Shown here: positions 17,284 to 26,444 of the stretch, piece after piece
Position numbering within the stretch: position 1 is the stretch's first letter
How the letters are laid out: each line of letters starts with the position of its first letter
From: a virus
Strand: one strand, 5' to 3'
IMG/VR virus record: IMGVR_UViG_3300037483_001478
Location: 71,989-135,988 of that record
DNA length: 64,000 bases
Notes under the pieces: generated by a model
Told to the model about the DNA's origin: nothing
The model's database searches: none
The model's input: only the letters and a program-made list of their open reading frames with translations
Made by a program: the position numbers and the translations under genes

Positions 17284-19674
17284 ATGCCATTCAAATCTGA
17301 AGCCCAACGCAGGCTGTTCTACGCCAAGGCGTCCCGAGGCGAGATGCCCAAGAGCATGGTCAGCGAGTGGGAGCATGCGACCCCCAAGGGAAAGAAGTTG
17401 CCGGAGCAGGTGAAGAAAGCCGAAAAGCCTGTTGGGGGTTTGCGGCCTGACGTGGAGCTCTACCCTCATCAGCAAAAGGCTGTCGACAAGCTCGTCAAAC
17501 AAGACGGCAACCTATTGTTGAGCCACGGCACGGGGTCAGGAAAGACTCTTACGTCCATAGCGGGTTTTGAGAAGCTGCGGGAAGCGGGCAAGGCCGAGAG
17601 GGCCTTGGTCGTCACGCCTGCTTCTCTCCGCGTGAACTTCGCCGATAACGGCGTACGCAAGTTCACTGACGGCCGCGCAGCCATCTTCGGCAACAGCCAA
17701 GAAGTAGCCAACGGCATTGCTCGGCAGGTAGACAATCCAGATCCTGGGGCGCGGTACCACGTGGTGGGCTACGAGATGTACCGCAAGGACCCCAAGAAGT
17801 ACATCGAGGCTGCGGGGGCAGACACAGTCATTTACGATGAGCTCCACAAGATCAAGAATGAGGAAGGGGTCACGTCCAAGACGGTAAAGGACGCGCGCCC
17901 CTACCACAGCAACTTCATTGGCCTTACTGGGTCCATCATGAGCAATACACCAGCGGACCTCGTTCCGTTGGTGGACGCCATGACAAACGGCACGCACCGT
18001 CTTGGCAACAAGACTATGTTCGAACGCCGTTTCGTGAAGGAAGACGCCAAGGGCAACAAGACCATCACCAATCCACGCATGGTACGCGGACTATTGGCCC
18101 CATTTGTGGACCACTTTGAGACTAAGGATCTGAACAAAGAGAACGTGCCGAAGAAGCGGATCGAAGAAGTCAAGGTGATGATGAGTCCGCACCAGACGGA
18201 CCTCTACCGTTACACCATTGACCAACTCGACCCCGTGACGGCGCTCAAGTTTCGACTGGGCAAAGGCAAGCTAAAAGAGCGCGAGCTCAATGCGATGTTT
18301 GCCAAGATCATTCAGTCGCGCCAAGTGTCCAATTCGATCCACACCATCGACCGCACTGTAACGCCAGAGCAATCCGCAGAGCAAACCCCCAAGGTGAAGC
18401 AGCTCCTGGATGATGTTCAGGAGCACCTGGGGGAGACCACAGACGGACAGGCAGTCGTCTTCTCCAACCTCATTCATGGTGGAGTAGACGTGCTGACTGC
18501 CGGCCTGAAGGCCAGAGGCGTAGACCACGTCACGTTCATTGGGAAGGGCAATAAGGGCGTTACAGAAGAAAGTCGCCAGAAAGCGGTTCAGGACTTCAAC
18601 TCTGGCGGTAAGAAGGTCATCGTTATCTCCGGGGCAGGCGGGGAAGGTCTAGACCTCAAGAACGCTACGATGTTTGCTTCGCTGGATGGGCACTTCAACC
18701 CCGAGAAGATTCAGCAGGCTGAGGCAAGAGCGGTGCGCGCCGGCGGTCTGGCGCATCGTGACCCAGAAGAGCGCAAGGTGCTAATTCGGCGCTACGTGAG
18801 CGTTGTACCCAGGTCCTTCACTAGAACGGCGCTTGATGTGGCGAATCTTTTGTCGCCTACAGCGCTGGTGAACCGCATCGCAGACCCTGGAGCCCCCATT
18901 CTCTTCAACCCATTCAAGAGAGAGCAGTCTCCCGATGAATGGGTCTACGGGGTAGCAGAGCGCAAGGACAAGCTGAATGCGGCATTCCGGGACCAGCTCA
19001 AGACTTCATCTGCGGAGCCGCATTTTGTCACTACGGATGAGGTAGCAAAAGACCTTGAGAAGGTCGCCCTCAACTTGGTAAAGCATCTTGCTTTCCAAGA
19101 TGAGCTGGAGAAGGTTGCAGGTGTGCAGGACATCGCTCATCAGCCGTACAAGTACAACAAGTCAGACTCCCACATCATGGGGGCTTACTGGAAAGACTTT
19201 GGCGGGAACATCGAAGAGATGACAGATCCCGCCAAAGAGGAGCTCCCCTCAGAAAAAGATCAGTTGAAGGAACAGAAGTACATCGACAACCTGCGCTCAT
19301 ACTACAGGGAAGCTGCCAAAAACAAAGGCGGGGTCACTAAAGCGCCTGTACCCGACCGCAAGACACTGTTGGACGCGGCTCAGGTGTCTTTGATCTCGGG
19401 CGGCATAATGTCTGCCCCCACCACTGCGACCGTCGTCTTTGACCCTATGGTGCCTCCCAAAATAAAAGCTATTTTTGCGGGAGGAGGTTTAGCGCTTGGC
19501 TCAGCCTTGATAGCGGCTCCTACGCTTTACGCGGTCACGCACAATCCTACGTTCACAACTCCCAAAGCAAAAGCAAGCAAGATGTCTCGGTTCGACGACG
19601 AGCAGTTGCGCCAGTTGCTCCGAGGACTTCCCATCACCCAAGAAGTGGTAAAGCGCCAGGATTTCTATATTTGA
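17284..19674 (+). CDS. SNF2-family (SF2) helicase/ATPase with short N-terminal leader and C-terminal extension
   Basis: LYPHQQKAV, HGTGSGKT (Walker A), DELH, LTGS, GGEGLDL, QAEARAVR. Confidence 0.88.
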   Translation: MPFKSEAQRRLFYAKASRGEMPKSMVSEWEHATPKGKKLPEQVKKAEKPVGGLRPDVELYPHQQKAVDKLVKQDGNLLLSHGTGSGKTLTSIAGFEKLREAGKAERALVVTPASLRVNFADNGVRKFTDGRAAIFGNSQEVANGIARQVDNPDPGARYHVVGYEMYRKDPKKYIEAAGADTVIYDELHKIKNEEGVTSKTVKDARPYHSNFIGLTGSIMSNTPADLVPLVDAMTNGTHRLGNKTMFERRFVKEDAKGNKTITNPRMVRGLLAPFVDHFETKDLNKENVPKKRIEEVKVMMSPHQTDLYRYTIDQLDPVTALKFRLGKGKLKERELNAMFAKIIQSRQVSNSIHTIDRTVTPEQSAEQTPKVKQLLDDVQEHLGETTDGQAVVFSNLIHGGVDVLTAGLKARGVDHVTFIGKGNKGVTEESRQKAVQDFNSGGKKVIVISGAGGEGLDLKNATMFASLDGHFNPEKIQQAEARAVRAGGLAHRDPEERKVLIRRYVSVVPRSFTRTALDVANLLSPTALVNRIADPGAPILFNPFKREQSPDEWVYGVAERKDKLNAAFRDQLKTSSAEPHFVTTDEVAKDLEKVALNLVKHLAFQDELEKVAGVQDIAHQPYKYNKSDSHIMGAYWKDFGGNIEEMTDPAKEELPSEKDQLKEQKYIDNLRSYYREAAKNKGGVTKAPVPDRKTLLDAAQVSLISGGIMSAPTTATVVFDPMVPPKIKAIFAGGGLALGSALIAAPTLYAVTHNPTFTTPKAKASKMSRFDDEQLRQLLRGLPITQEVVKRQDFYI

Positions 19675-19681
19675 GGCACCC

Positions 19682-20485
19682 ATGAACTTTACGCTGCGCT
19701 CCTTTACAGACGAACTGTGCAAAATTGCTGGTGCAAAGGGCGAGGGTGAGTACAATTTTGATGTTCCTATCGGAACGGCTTCAGCCATAATGCCTAGTAG
19801 GATGTTAGGAGGATTAGGCGCTGGAGCTTTGTCCTCTCGAATAGTGGATTACCCGCAAGATGCTGTAACCCCGGAACTTGCAGAGGGCTTGCGGCGTAGA
19901 ATTGCGCCCCGTTATTCGAGTCCTATCGATTTGAGCTTAGAGAGCGGCAAGCAGTCTTTATTCTTACCAAGTAACCCTAGGTGGGCTAGGCTGCTAGAAA
20001 AGCATCCTCAACTATCTACGCTCCTTCCGCCTCACGTGACTGTTGAAGATGTGCGGAATGGCAAAATTCTGGCCTCTCCGCATGGGCAAGAATTTCTAGC
20101 GCATGAACTTGGTCATGCTTCTATGGGAAGAGTGCGCGCAGCAATAGGCAAACTTCGTATACCTTTGGCTGGGGCAGGACTACTGGGAGGGCTGGCCGCT
20201 TTAGGGTCTGACGACAATCGAGTGTCTAAGGTGGCTCCTTGGATTACAGCAGCGGGCTACGCGCCTACTTTAGGAGAAGAGGCCTTGGCCAGCATCAAGG
20301 GCTATCGCGGGATGAAATCTTTAGGCGCCAGCCCAGAGGTCCTAAGAGCTGCCAGGAGCAATTTGACGAAGGCATTTGGGACGTACGGGGCTATAGCCGC
20401 AGGAACAACCTTGCCAATTGCCGTGGCTGCGTACTTGAGAGGCAAGGACCGCGGAACTCGTACCAAGGTAGTTCAGGCGGATTGA
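19682..20485 (+). CDS. Putative zinc metallopeptidase / membrane-associated virion protein
   Basis: HELGH (HExxH) at 20102-20116 followed by hydrophobic Gly-rich helices; N-terminal DELCKIA motif. Confidence 0.6.
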   Translation: MNFTLRSFTDELCKIAGAKGEGEYNFDVPIGTASAIMPSRMLGGLGAGALSSRIVDYPQDAVTPELAEGLRRRIAPRYSSPIDLSLESGKQSLFLPSNPRWARLLEKHPQLSTLLPPHVTVEDVRNGKILASPHGQEFLAHELGHASMGRVRAAIGKLRIPLAGAGLLGGLAALGSDDNRVSKVAPWITAAGYAPTLGEEALASIKGYRGMKSLGASPEVLRAARSNLTKAFGTYGAIAAGTTLPIAVAAYLRGKDRGTRTKVVQAD

Positions 20486-21060
20486 AGTAGCTTCGTGAGG
20501 AAGCTCTTCCTGTGAAACGCACAAGGACCGTACTTCTTCAAGGCATCTGTGTGCTTTGACGTGCCGTACCCCGCGTTCTGCTCCCAGCCGTACAGCGGGT
20601 ACAAAGAGGCCATACTGGCCATTTCTGTGTCCCTAGCTACTTTGGCCACGACGCTGGCCGCGGATATCTGCCATACTTTTGCGTCACCCTTCACGATGGT
20701 TTCTTGTCTCCCTCGGTAAGATGCCACGTCTACGATCCCGTCTATCATTAGCTTGTCCACCGTGGGTGCCCGGAGCAGCGCATGCTCGCAGGCAGTTTGC
20801 CACGCGGCTCTCAGGCCGTGCGTGTCGATGCTTTGCGGGGAAGCCCACCCTATGCCCACGTAGGTTGCTGCCTCGAAGATAGCCTGGATGAGTTGAGCTC
20901 GCCGAGAGGGAGAAAGAGCTTTGGAGTCCCTTACCCCGGCAATAGGGGAAGCAGAGGTAGGAAATACAGCCACGGCTACTGTAACTGGCCCGGCGAGGCA
21001 GCCGGTGCCGCACTCGTCAAGGCCTGCGAGGAGCTTTCGGGATGAATTGTCCTTTGGCAT
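20473..21060 (-). CDS. rnhB: Ribonuclease HII
   Basis: AGLDECGTGCLAGPV, RDSKAL, IDG, VKGDAKVWQISAASVVAKVARD, YGWEQNAGYGT, FHRKSF motifs. Confidence 0.95.
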   Translation of the reverse strand: MPKDNSSRKLLAGLDECGTGCLAGPVTVAVAVFPTSASPIAGVRDSKALSPSRRAQLIQAIFEAATYVGIGWASPQSIDTHGLRAAWQTACEHALLRAPTVDKLMIDGIVDVASYRGRQETIVKGDAKVWQISAASVVAKVARDTEMASMASLYPLYGWEQNAGYGTSKHTDALKKYGPCAFHRKSFLTKLLQSA

Positions 21061-21355
21061 CTCGGTTCCACTCCATAGGTTGAAGTATTAGCTCCGCTTG
21101 CACCCATCTTTCAGTAATTCGTATGATAGGCAAGGAGCATTCTCCTTTTTTAGCCCAGCATCGCAAATAGGCGCGAAAAGGAGCCTCTGTTTGTTTGCTC
21201 ATAGGATGATTGAGATCTATTCGAAGGATAAGCTTTTGGGGGTCCACTGTGGATTGGACTTGAGACTTACCAATGGTATCTCCCATAGCTGATTGGAGAC
21301 CTCTATAGGCGTTAGGCAACCACGACAGCTTTTTCTTTAGTTGAGTAGCATTCAC
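21017..21355 (-). CDS. Hypothetical protein (112 aa)
   Basis: ATG with GAGG RBS; overlaps the rnhB start; divergent from terminase. Confidence 0.6.
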   Translation of the reverse strand: MNATQLKKKLSWLPNAYRGLQSAMGDTIGKSQVQSTVDPQKLILRIDLNHPMSKQTEAPFRAYLRCWAKKGECSLPIIRITERWVQAELILQPMEWNRDAKGQFIPKAPRRP

Positions 21356-21366
21356 TCGGAGACCTC

Positions 21367-24348
21367 ATGATCGTTAAGTTGGGCCCCACGCCCTCAGGTA
21401 AGGACTATTCGGACGATATCCCCAACCTTCCTGCAGAGGAGCGCTGGCAGGAGGACACGGCCGTTTACGTAGAGGACAAGCAAACAGAGCAGATACCTCT
21501 CCTGCCGTCCAATTTTGTGGAGTTTGCCTTCCGTATGCCTAAGGCGGGAAGGCTGGCCGACTTCACGTTCAAAAACCGCGAGTACCTGCGAACCATTTAT
21601 GACTCGCCTGCAAAGCGTAAGCTATTGATGGCGGGTAGGCAGGTTGAGAAATCGGTGTGCCTCCACACGCCCATTTTGATGGCAGACGGGAGTGAGAAGC
21701 CTGCAAAAGATATCCGGCTGGGGGACCGTGTTGCCACTATGTTGGCAGATGGCACAACGATTTCAGAACGCAAAGTGGTGTGGGTGTCGCAGCGCTACAC
21801 CAAGCCCTGCGTGCGCATCCATACAGATACGGGCAAGGTGTGTGACGTAGCAAAGACGCATCCTATGCGTCTTTGGGAGCGTTGGGCGGACGCAGGTAAT
21901 GTGCGACCTTCCCAGAAGGTCGCAGCAGCCCGCAGATCAGGGTCGTTTACGAAATGCCCTGTGCCAGCGGCTCGCGCGGTCCTTACCGCCTACTATCTTT
22001 GCGATGACGCCTTGTTACAAGGGTCGCGGCGAGAGGTTACGTCTGATCGGGTTTTCGAGGAGTTTAACCAATGCGCGCAGGGCCCCAAATCTTTGTGGGG
22101 GTTACCTGTAGGCAGCACCCAGTTAAGCGACTGGTTGGAAGCTGACGGGCTGCTAGGCAAGAAACCTGAAGAGATGGACGCCCCTACTTGGGCTTTTCAG
22201 CTATCGAAGAGCCTCACTGCCCTATTTCTGAACAAGTTGTGGGACGCCGCGGGTGAAGTCAGTCAAGAGATCACAGAAAGACCTTCTTTACGCCTCACCC
22301 TCGTTTCCTTGAAGCTGGCGAGTAGTGTTCAGAGACTGATGCTCAAGTTTGGCATTCCTACGAAGATAAAAAGCAAGCGGGTGCTGGAAGGCCGTTATGT
22401 GGGGGAATGGCGGTACTATGTGTACGTCGTGGGCAAAAAGGGAGTAGTCAACTTCTTCGACTGGGTGGGGCTGGCCCGCAAGAAGGCAAACTGCGGGCAT
22501 ATAGCTAGAATCACGCGGGGAGAGGACGACAGTCTTCCTAAGGAGTCTAGCAGGCTTATCCGCCGCATATTTTCTACCAAGAAGGCATTTCTCCAGAGGA
22601 GAGGCACGTGTTTTGAGAATCCTGCGGGCCCTTTTAGGAGGCCTCCGTCTCTTGAAGTCCTTCAAAACTACGCGGACTTCTTCGAAGCAGAACACTTTGA
22701 TCGGGAGCTCGTGGAATACCTGCGCAGGCACATAGAGTCAGATCTGTTTTGGGACAGAGTGAGCCGTGTGGAAGACCTAGGTGTTAGAGAGTGCGTAGAC
22801 TTCGAAGTTGAGGAGACGCACAACTTCATAGCTGGGGGTCTAATAACACATAACAGCACACTTTTAGGGAACATGTCCATATCTTACATGGCGCTTCAGC
22901 CATTTTTTCGCGTGGTATACGTGAGCCCTTCGCACACCCAGACGAAGGTATTTAGTCGCGACCGCATCAAGGAGCCAATCGATACCTCGCCTTTCTTGAA
23001 GCAGCTCACGAATTCGAAGCTCTTGGCAAATATTTTTGAGAAGAAGCTCATCAACCACTCTCAGATTACGATGCGGTTTGCTTTTTTGAACGCAGACCGC
23101 GTTCGGGGGAATCCTGCGGACAAGGTCATTGTCGACGAATTCCAGGATATCCTCCTCGACAATGTGCCCGTCATCGAGGAGTGCTGCTCTCACTCAGAGT
23201 ACAAGTTGTTTCTCTACGCCGGCACGCCGAAGTCCCTAGATAACGCCATCGAGCATTATTGGATGCGCTACTCCACGCAGAATGAGTGGGTGGTTCCTTG
23301 TGACCGCCATGGCACACCAAAGAACCCTGGTTCTTGGCATTGGAATATTCTCGATGAGACGAACATAGGAGAAGAGGGGCTCATCTGCGACAAGTGCGAA
23401 GCTCCCATACGGGCTGACGACCCTCGGGCTCAGTGGGCCTCACTCAACCCTGATCCCAAAGTAGAAAAGCCCTATGAGGGGTATCGTATACCTCAGTTGA
23501 TGGTCCCATGGATCGACTTCGAGGATATTCGCGACAAGCAGAAGAAGTACAGCCGAGCCAAGTTCTACAATGAAGTGCTAGGGCGCAGCTATGACTCAGG
23601 CACGCGCCCGCTAGTACGCTCAGACGTCCAGCGCAACTGTTGGAGTGAGCTGTCGATGACCTACTACAGAGAGGTCATTCAGTGGTCGTCGCAATACCCC
23701 ATCTTCATGGGGGTGGACTGGGGCTCGGGAGAAGGATCCTTCTCCGTGATGGTCATCGGAGGCTATCTGCCGATCGCACCGGATTTCATCACATGGTTTT
23801 ACGCCCATCGGTTTGAAGGAGTGGAAACAGAACCGCGTATTCAGCTCGATATTATAAAGAAGCACATTGTTGATTTCAACGTACGGCATGTAGGTGTTGA
23901 CTACGGCGGCGGTTTTTGGCCCAACGACATGCTCCTCCGCGAGTTTGGAGCGGAGCGCATCAAAAAGTACCAATGGGTGGGTAACATCAAGAAAAAGGTG
24001 CAGTTTGAGCCTCGTCTCGGGGTTCCCCGCTACCTATGTCACCGCACCGAGGTCATGTCCGACATCTTCAATGCCATCAAGCGAGCCAACGTCTACCGAT
24101 TCCCTCGGTGGGAGGAGTTTGAAGACCCTTACGCCATGGACATGCTCAACATATTCTCGGAGTATAACGACCGCATTCGGATGAACGTGTACCGGCATGC
24201 CCCCGGGTACCCAGACGATACCTTTCACGCGATAGCTTTCGGTACGCTAGCCTCCTTTTTCACTAAAGTGCGGCCTGACATCATCATACCTTCCAAAGAG
24301 GTCGACCGAGATCATTATGACCCTCACGAGGAGAATGACATCATCTAG
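21367..24348 (+). CDS. terL: Terminase large subunit (GpA-like), intein-containing
   Basis: Spliced Walker A region GRQVEK|STLL, Walker B VIVDEFQD, YAGTPK, nuclease-domain MGVDWG and GVDYG, C-terminal PDDTFHA. Confidence 0.92.
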   Translation: MIVKLGPTPSGKDYSDDIPNLPAEERWQEDTAVYVEDKQTEQIPLLPSNFVEFAFRMPKAGRLADFTFKNREYLRTIYDSPAKRKLLMAGRQVEKSVCLHTPILMADGSEKPAKDIRLGDRVATMLADGTTISERKVVWVSQRYTKPCVRIHTDTGKVCDVAKTHPMRLWERWADAGNVRPSQKVAAARRSGSFTKCPVPAARAVLTAYYLCDDALLQGSRREVTSDRVFEEFNQCAQGPKSLWGLPVGSTQLSDWLEADGLLGKKPEEMDAPTWAFQLSKSLTALFLNKLWDAAGEVSQEITERPSLRLTLVSLKLASSVQRLMLKFGIPTKIKSKRVLEGRYVGEWRYYVYVVGKKGVVNFFDWVGLARKKANCGHIARITRGEDDSLPKESSRLIRRIFSTKKAFLQRRGTCFENPAGPFRRPPSLEVLQNYADFFEAEHFDRELVEYLRRHIESDLFWDRVSRVEDLGVRECVDFEVEETHNFIAGGLITHNSTLLGNMSISYMALQPFFRVVYVSPSHTQTKVFSRDRIKEPIDTSPFLKQLTNSKLLANIFEKKLINHSQITMRFAFLNADRVRGNPADKVIVDEFQDILLDNVPVIEECCSHSEYKLFLYAGTPKSLDNAIEHYWMRYSTQNEWVVPCDRHGTPKNPGSWHWNILDETNIGEEGLICDKCEAPIRADDPRAQWASLNPDPKVEKPYEGYRIPQLMVPWIDFEDIRDKQKKYSRAKFYNEVLGRSYDSGTRPLVRSDVQRNCWSELSMTYYREVIQWSSQYPIFMGVDWGSGEGSFSVMVIGGYLPIAPDFITWFYAHRFEGVETEPRIQLDIIKKHIVDFNVRHVGVDYGGGFWPNDMLLREFGAERIKKYQWVGNIKKKVQFEPRLGVPRYLCHRTEVMSDIFNAIKRANVYRFPRWEEFEDPYAMDMLNIFSEYNDRIRMNVYRHAPGYPDDTFHAIAFGTLASFFTKVRPDIIIPSKEVDRDHYDPHEENDII
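21652..22854 (+). mobile_element. Intein (401 aa, Ser1) in terminase Walker A region with degenerate LAGLIDADG domain
   Basis: N-terminal block SVCLHTPILMADG aligns to C-x4-T-x-V-x3-DG when Ser is residue 1; ends HNFIAGGLITHN, with Ser +1. Confidence 0.9.
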
Positions 24349-24638
24349 GAGAATAGTCCTGGGTGTAGGCGCTCGAGCTCGCGTTGAATAGCGGGCTTGC
24401 TAGGGGCAGGGGCGACATCTTGCGCGGCTATGAGTTGCCGTTTGTTGGCACTGTAGGCTACTCTCACTTTGGCGACATCACTTTCTTCGAAGTAGGCTCG
24501 TTTGTCTCCAGGCAGCTTGATTCTTTGGAGGGCGCCGTCATTCATGAGCCTACTGAGGGTTCTGCGAGATATGGACAGCTTCTTCGTGACTTCTTCCGCA
24601 TCTAGCAGTACCTGGTTGCCGTGCACTTTCCTTCCCAC
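24345..24638 (-). CDS. Excisionase/MerR-like helix-turn-helix DNA-binding protein
   Basis: LLDAEEVTKKLSISRRTLSRLMNDGAL...RAYFEESDV. Confidence 0.75.
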   Translation of the reverse strand: MGRKVHGNQVLLDAEEVTKKLSISRRTLSRLMNDGALQRIKLPGDKRAYFEESDVAKVRVAYSANKRQLIAAQDVAPAPSKPAIQRELERLHPGLFS

Positions 24639-24708
24639 CTTTATGCCTCCGTGCTAGGGTTTTGAGGGAACTTCAGCCTATGCTACTTCCTACCCAGTGA
24701 GGTTTGAC

Positions 24709-25833
24709 GTGAACGATCTGCCAACGGGCCTGGCGGCCAAGACCACGTACGCATCTTTGAGTCCTGCAGACCTCGAATCAATCGGCAAGCGGGCAAGCCA
24801 AGAATACCTCAATAGCGGCATCTCGTTGAACGATGCCGTTGTCAAGCTGGCCCGCGAGTGCCCCAGCATTTCGCCCCATCAGGTCCGCCGCGTGGTGGAG
24901 TTTACCAACCGGGAGACCTTTCAGCGTCTCTTTGAGAAGCAGGCAGGGGATAAGGTCGTCGACTTCCCCATCGCGGACCCTCGGGTAGTTCTGTTGGACT
25001 TAGAATCTGGGGTCATTCCGCATTGCATGCAGCTTCCTGCGGACGAGTACGCGCTCCCCCCGGCCAAGCTTGCTTCGGCTGTCAGTACGGATGTCCTCAT
25101 TGCCCGCGAATTCGGGATGGACATCGCGGAAAAGATAGAGATGTCGGCGAGGGAAGCGGCACCGTTGGAGAAAGTCGCGGCAGTGGCTGACCGTATCATT
25201 GCGTCAACAGAGGACGGTACCGCAGGCACAAATGCTCCGCTCACCGTAGACGCAGCGCCTATTTCTGCCAAAAACGACCGCTACGAGGACGAGGATGTGG
25301 CCTCGGAAAAAGTGGCTGCTTGGGCGCGCAGTCGCGGGAAAAGCCCCTACCCCCAAGCCGAGCCCCACCTTGACTTGATTCAAGCTCGCGAGAAGATGGC
25401 AGCAACCTTGGACGCTTTGCGAGACATGGAACATCTCAACAATGCCTTCAAGAAAGAAGCCCGTCAGGGCTTTTGCCGTGCGGTGACGCAGCATGTCGCG
25501 GGAGGTGGAAGCCTCGGGGAAGTGGCCCATGTCATGGGGTCTGTAGACCCTAGCCCTGTATTTGCCAAGGTGGCTATGGCTTTCGTGATACCCCACTTGC
25601 AAAGGTTTGGGCTCAATGTGCCCGAACTTCAGGCAGAGACACTGACCTATGAGATGACCAAGGGGGCCTCGGCACGTCAGCCCAACCCCGAGAACTCGAT
25701 CGTTGTAGCGTACGCAGCTATGCTGAAGACGGCGCGGGAAACCCCTGTACTCCGCCGCGCAGTGCTAAGTGCGGAGCAGGCGTACAATGCCCTTGACCAA
25801 CAGTTCAAGAACATCGCACGAGGTGTAGCATGA
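24709..25833 (+). CDS. Hypothetical head-region protein
   Basis: Long ORF (track start 24697; GTG 24709 has a TGAGG RBS); several EK[QV]A motifs. Confidence 0.75.
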   Translation: MNDLPTGLAAKTTYASLSPADLESIGKRASQEYLNSGISLNDAVVKLARECPSISPHQVRRVVEFTNRETFQRLFEKQAGDKVVDFPIADPRVVLLDLESGVIPHCMQLPADEYALPPAKLASAVSTDVLIAREFGMDIAEKIEMSAREAAPLEKVAAVADRIIASTEDGTAGTNAPLTVDAAPISAKNDRYEDEDVASEKVAAWARSRGKSPYPQAEPHLDLIQAREKMAATLDALRDMEHLNNAFKKEARQGFCRAVTQHVAGGGSLGEVAHVMGSVDPSPVFAKVAMAFVIPHLQRFGLNVPELQAETLTYEMTKGASARQPNPENSIVVAYAAMLKTARETPVLRRAVLSAEQAYNALDQQFKNIARGVA

Positions 25834-26444
25834 GTGTTACCCAGAAGTTGGCTGCGGCCGGCCATTTGACTCCCGAGCAGGCTGCTCGGGTAACGGAACG
25901 CGTGCGTTCGTTCAAGACGGCTTTGGCGCACGACTCCAGCTTGCGAAAGCAAGCAGATGGCTTTTTCAGTCGGGTAGGTCAGAGGCTAGGCCCCACGGCG
26001 GAGCAAACTTTGGCTCATGCCATCGCTGCAGGGTCCCTAGGCCTCGGGGTATCCACGGGGGCCGCTGGCGTACAGGCAGTGATTGACCATGTGCGCAAGG
26101 CTCGCGCCTACAAGGCGATGATTGACGCCAATCCTGAGCTGGCTGATGCTAACCTGGATAGGGTTCAGGCGCTCCACAACAGCCTTTACCGGGTAAATCC
26201 TCAGTACGCCCGAGACCCTCTCATTGCGGGGGAGTTCGTTAAGGGTCTGATCAACCAGGCTCAAATACCGATGCAAGCGTTTACGAGTACTGCCTTACGG
26301 GAACACCCCAACCAAGCCCTAGAGTTTGCCACTAAGATGCTTGCCACCAAGGTTCCGGATAAGCCTCTGCCCACCTCGAGAAGAGGTAGCCCAGAAGACG
26401 CTCCTCTGGATCCGACCGCCGCTGCTTACCTTCGAGGGTACTGA
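25830..26444 (+). CDS. Hypothetical head-region protein with glycine-zipper segment
   Basis: ATGA overlap; QKLA/RKQA motifs; AGSLGLGVSTGAAG. Confidence 0.7.
   Translation: MSVTQKLAAAGHLTPEQAARVTERVRSFKTALAHDSSLRKQADGFFSRVGQRLGPTAEQTLAHAIAAGSLGLGVSTGAAGVQAVIDHVRKARAYKAMIDANPELADANLDRVQALHNSLYRVNPQYARDPLIAGEFVKGLINQAQIPMQAFTSTALREHPNQALEFATKMLATKVPDKPLPTSRRGSPEDAPLDPTAAAYLRGY

Noticed and set aside
21658-21660. Cys as first residue of the terminase intein
   Set aside because: Block A spacing (T6, I8, D12-G13) and regeneration of GRQVEKST both require Ser at 21652 as residue 1.
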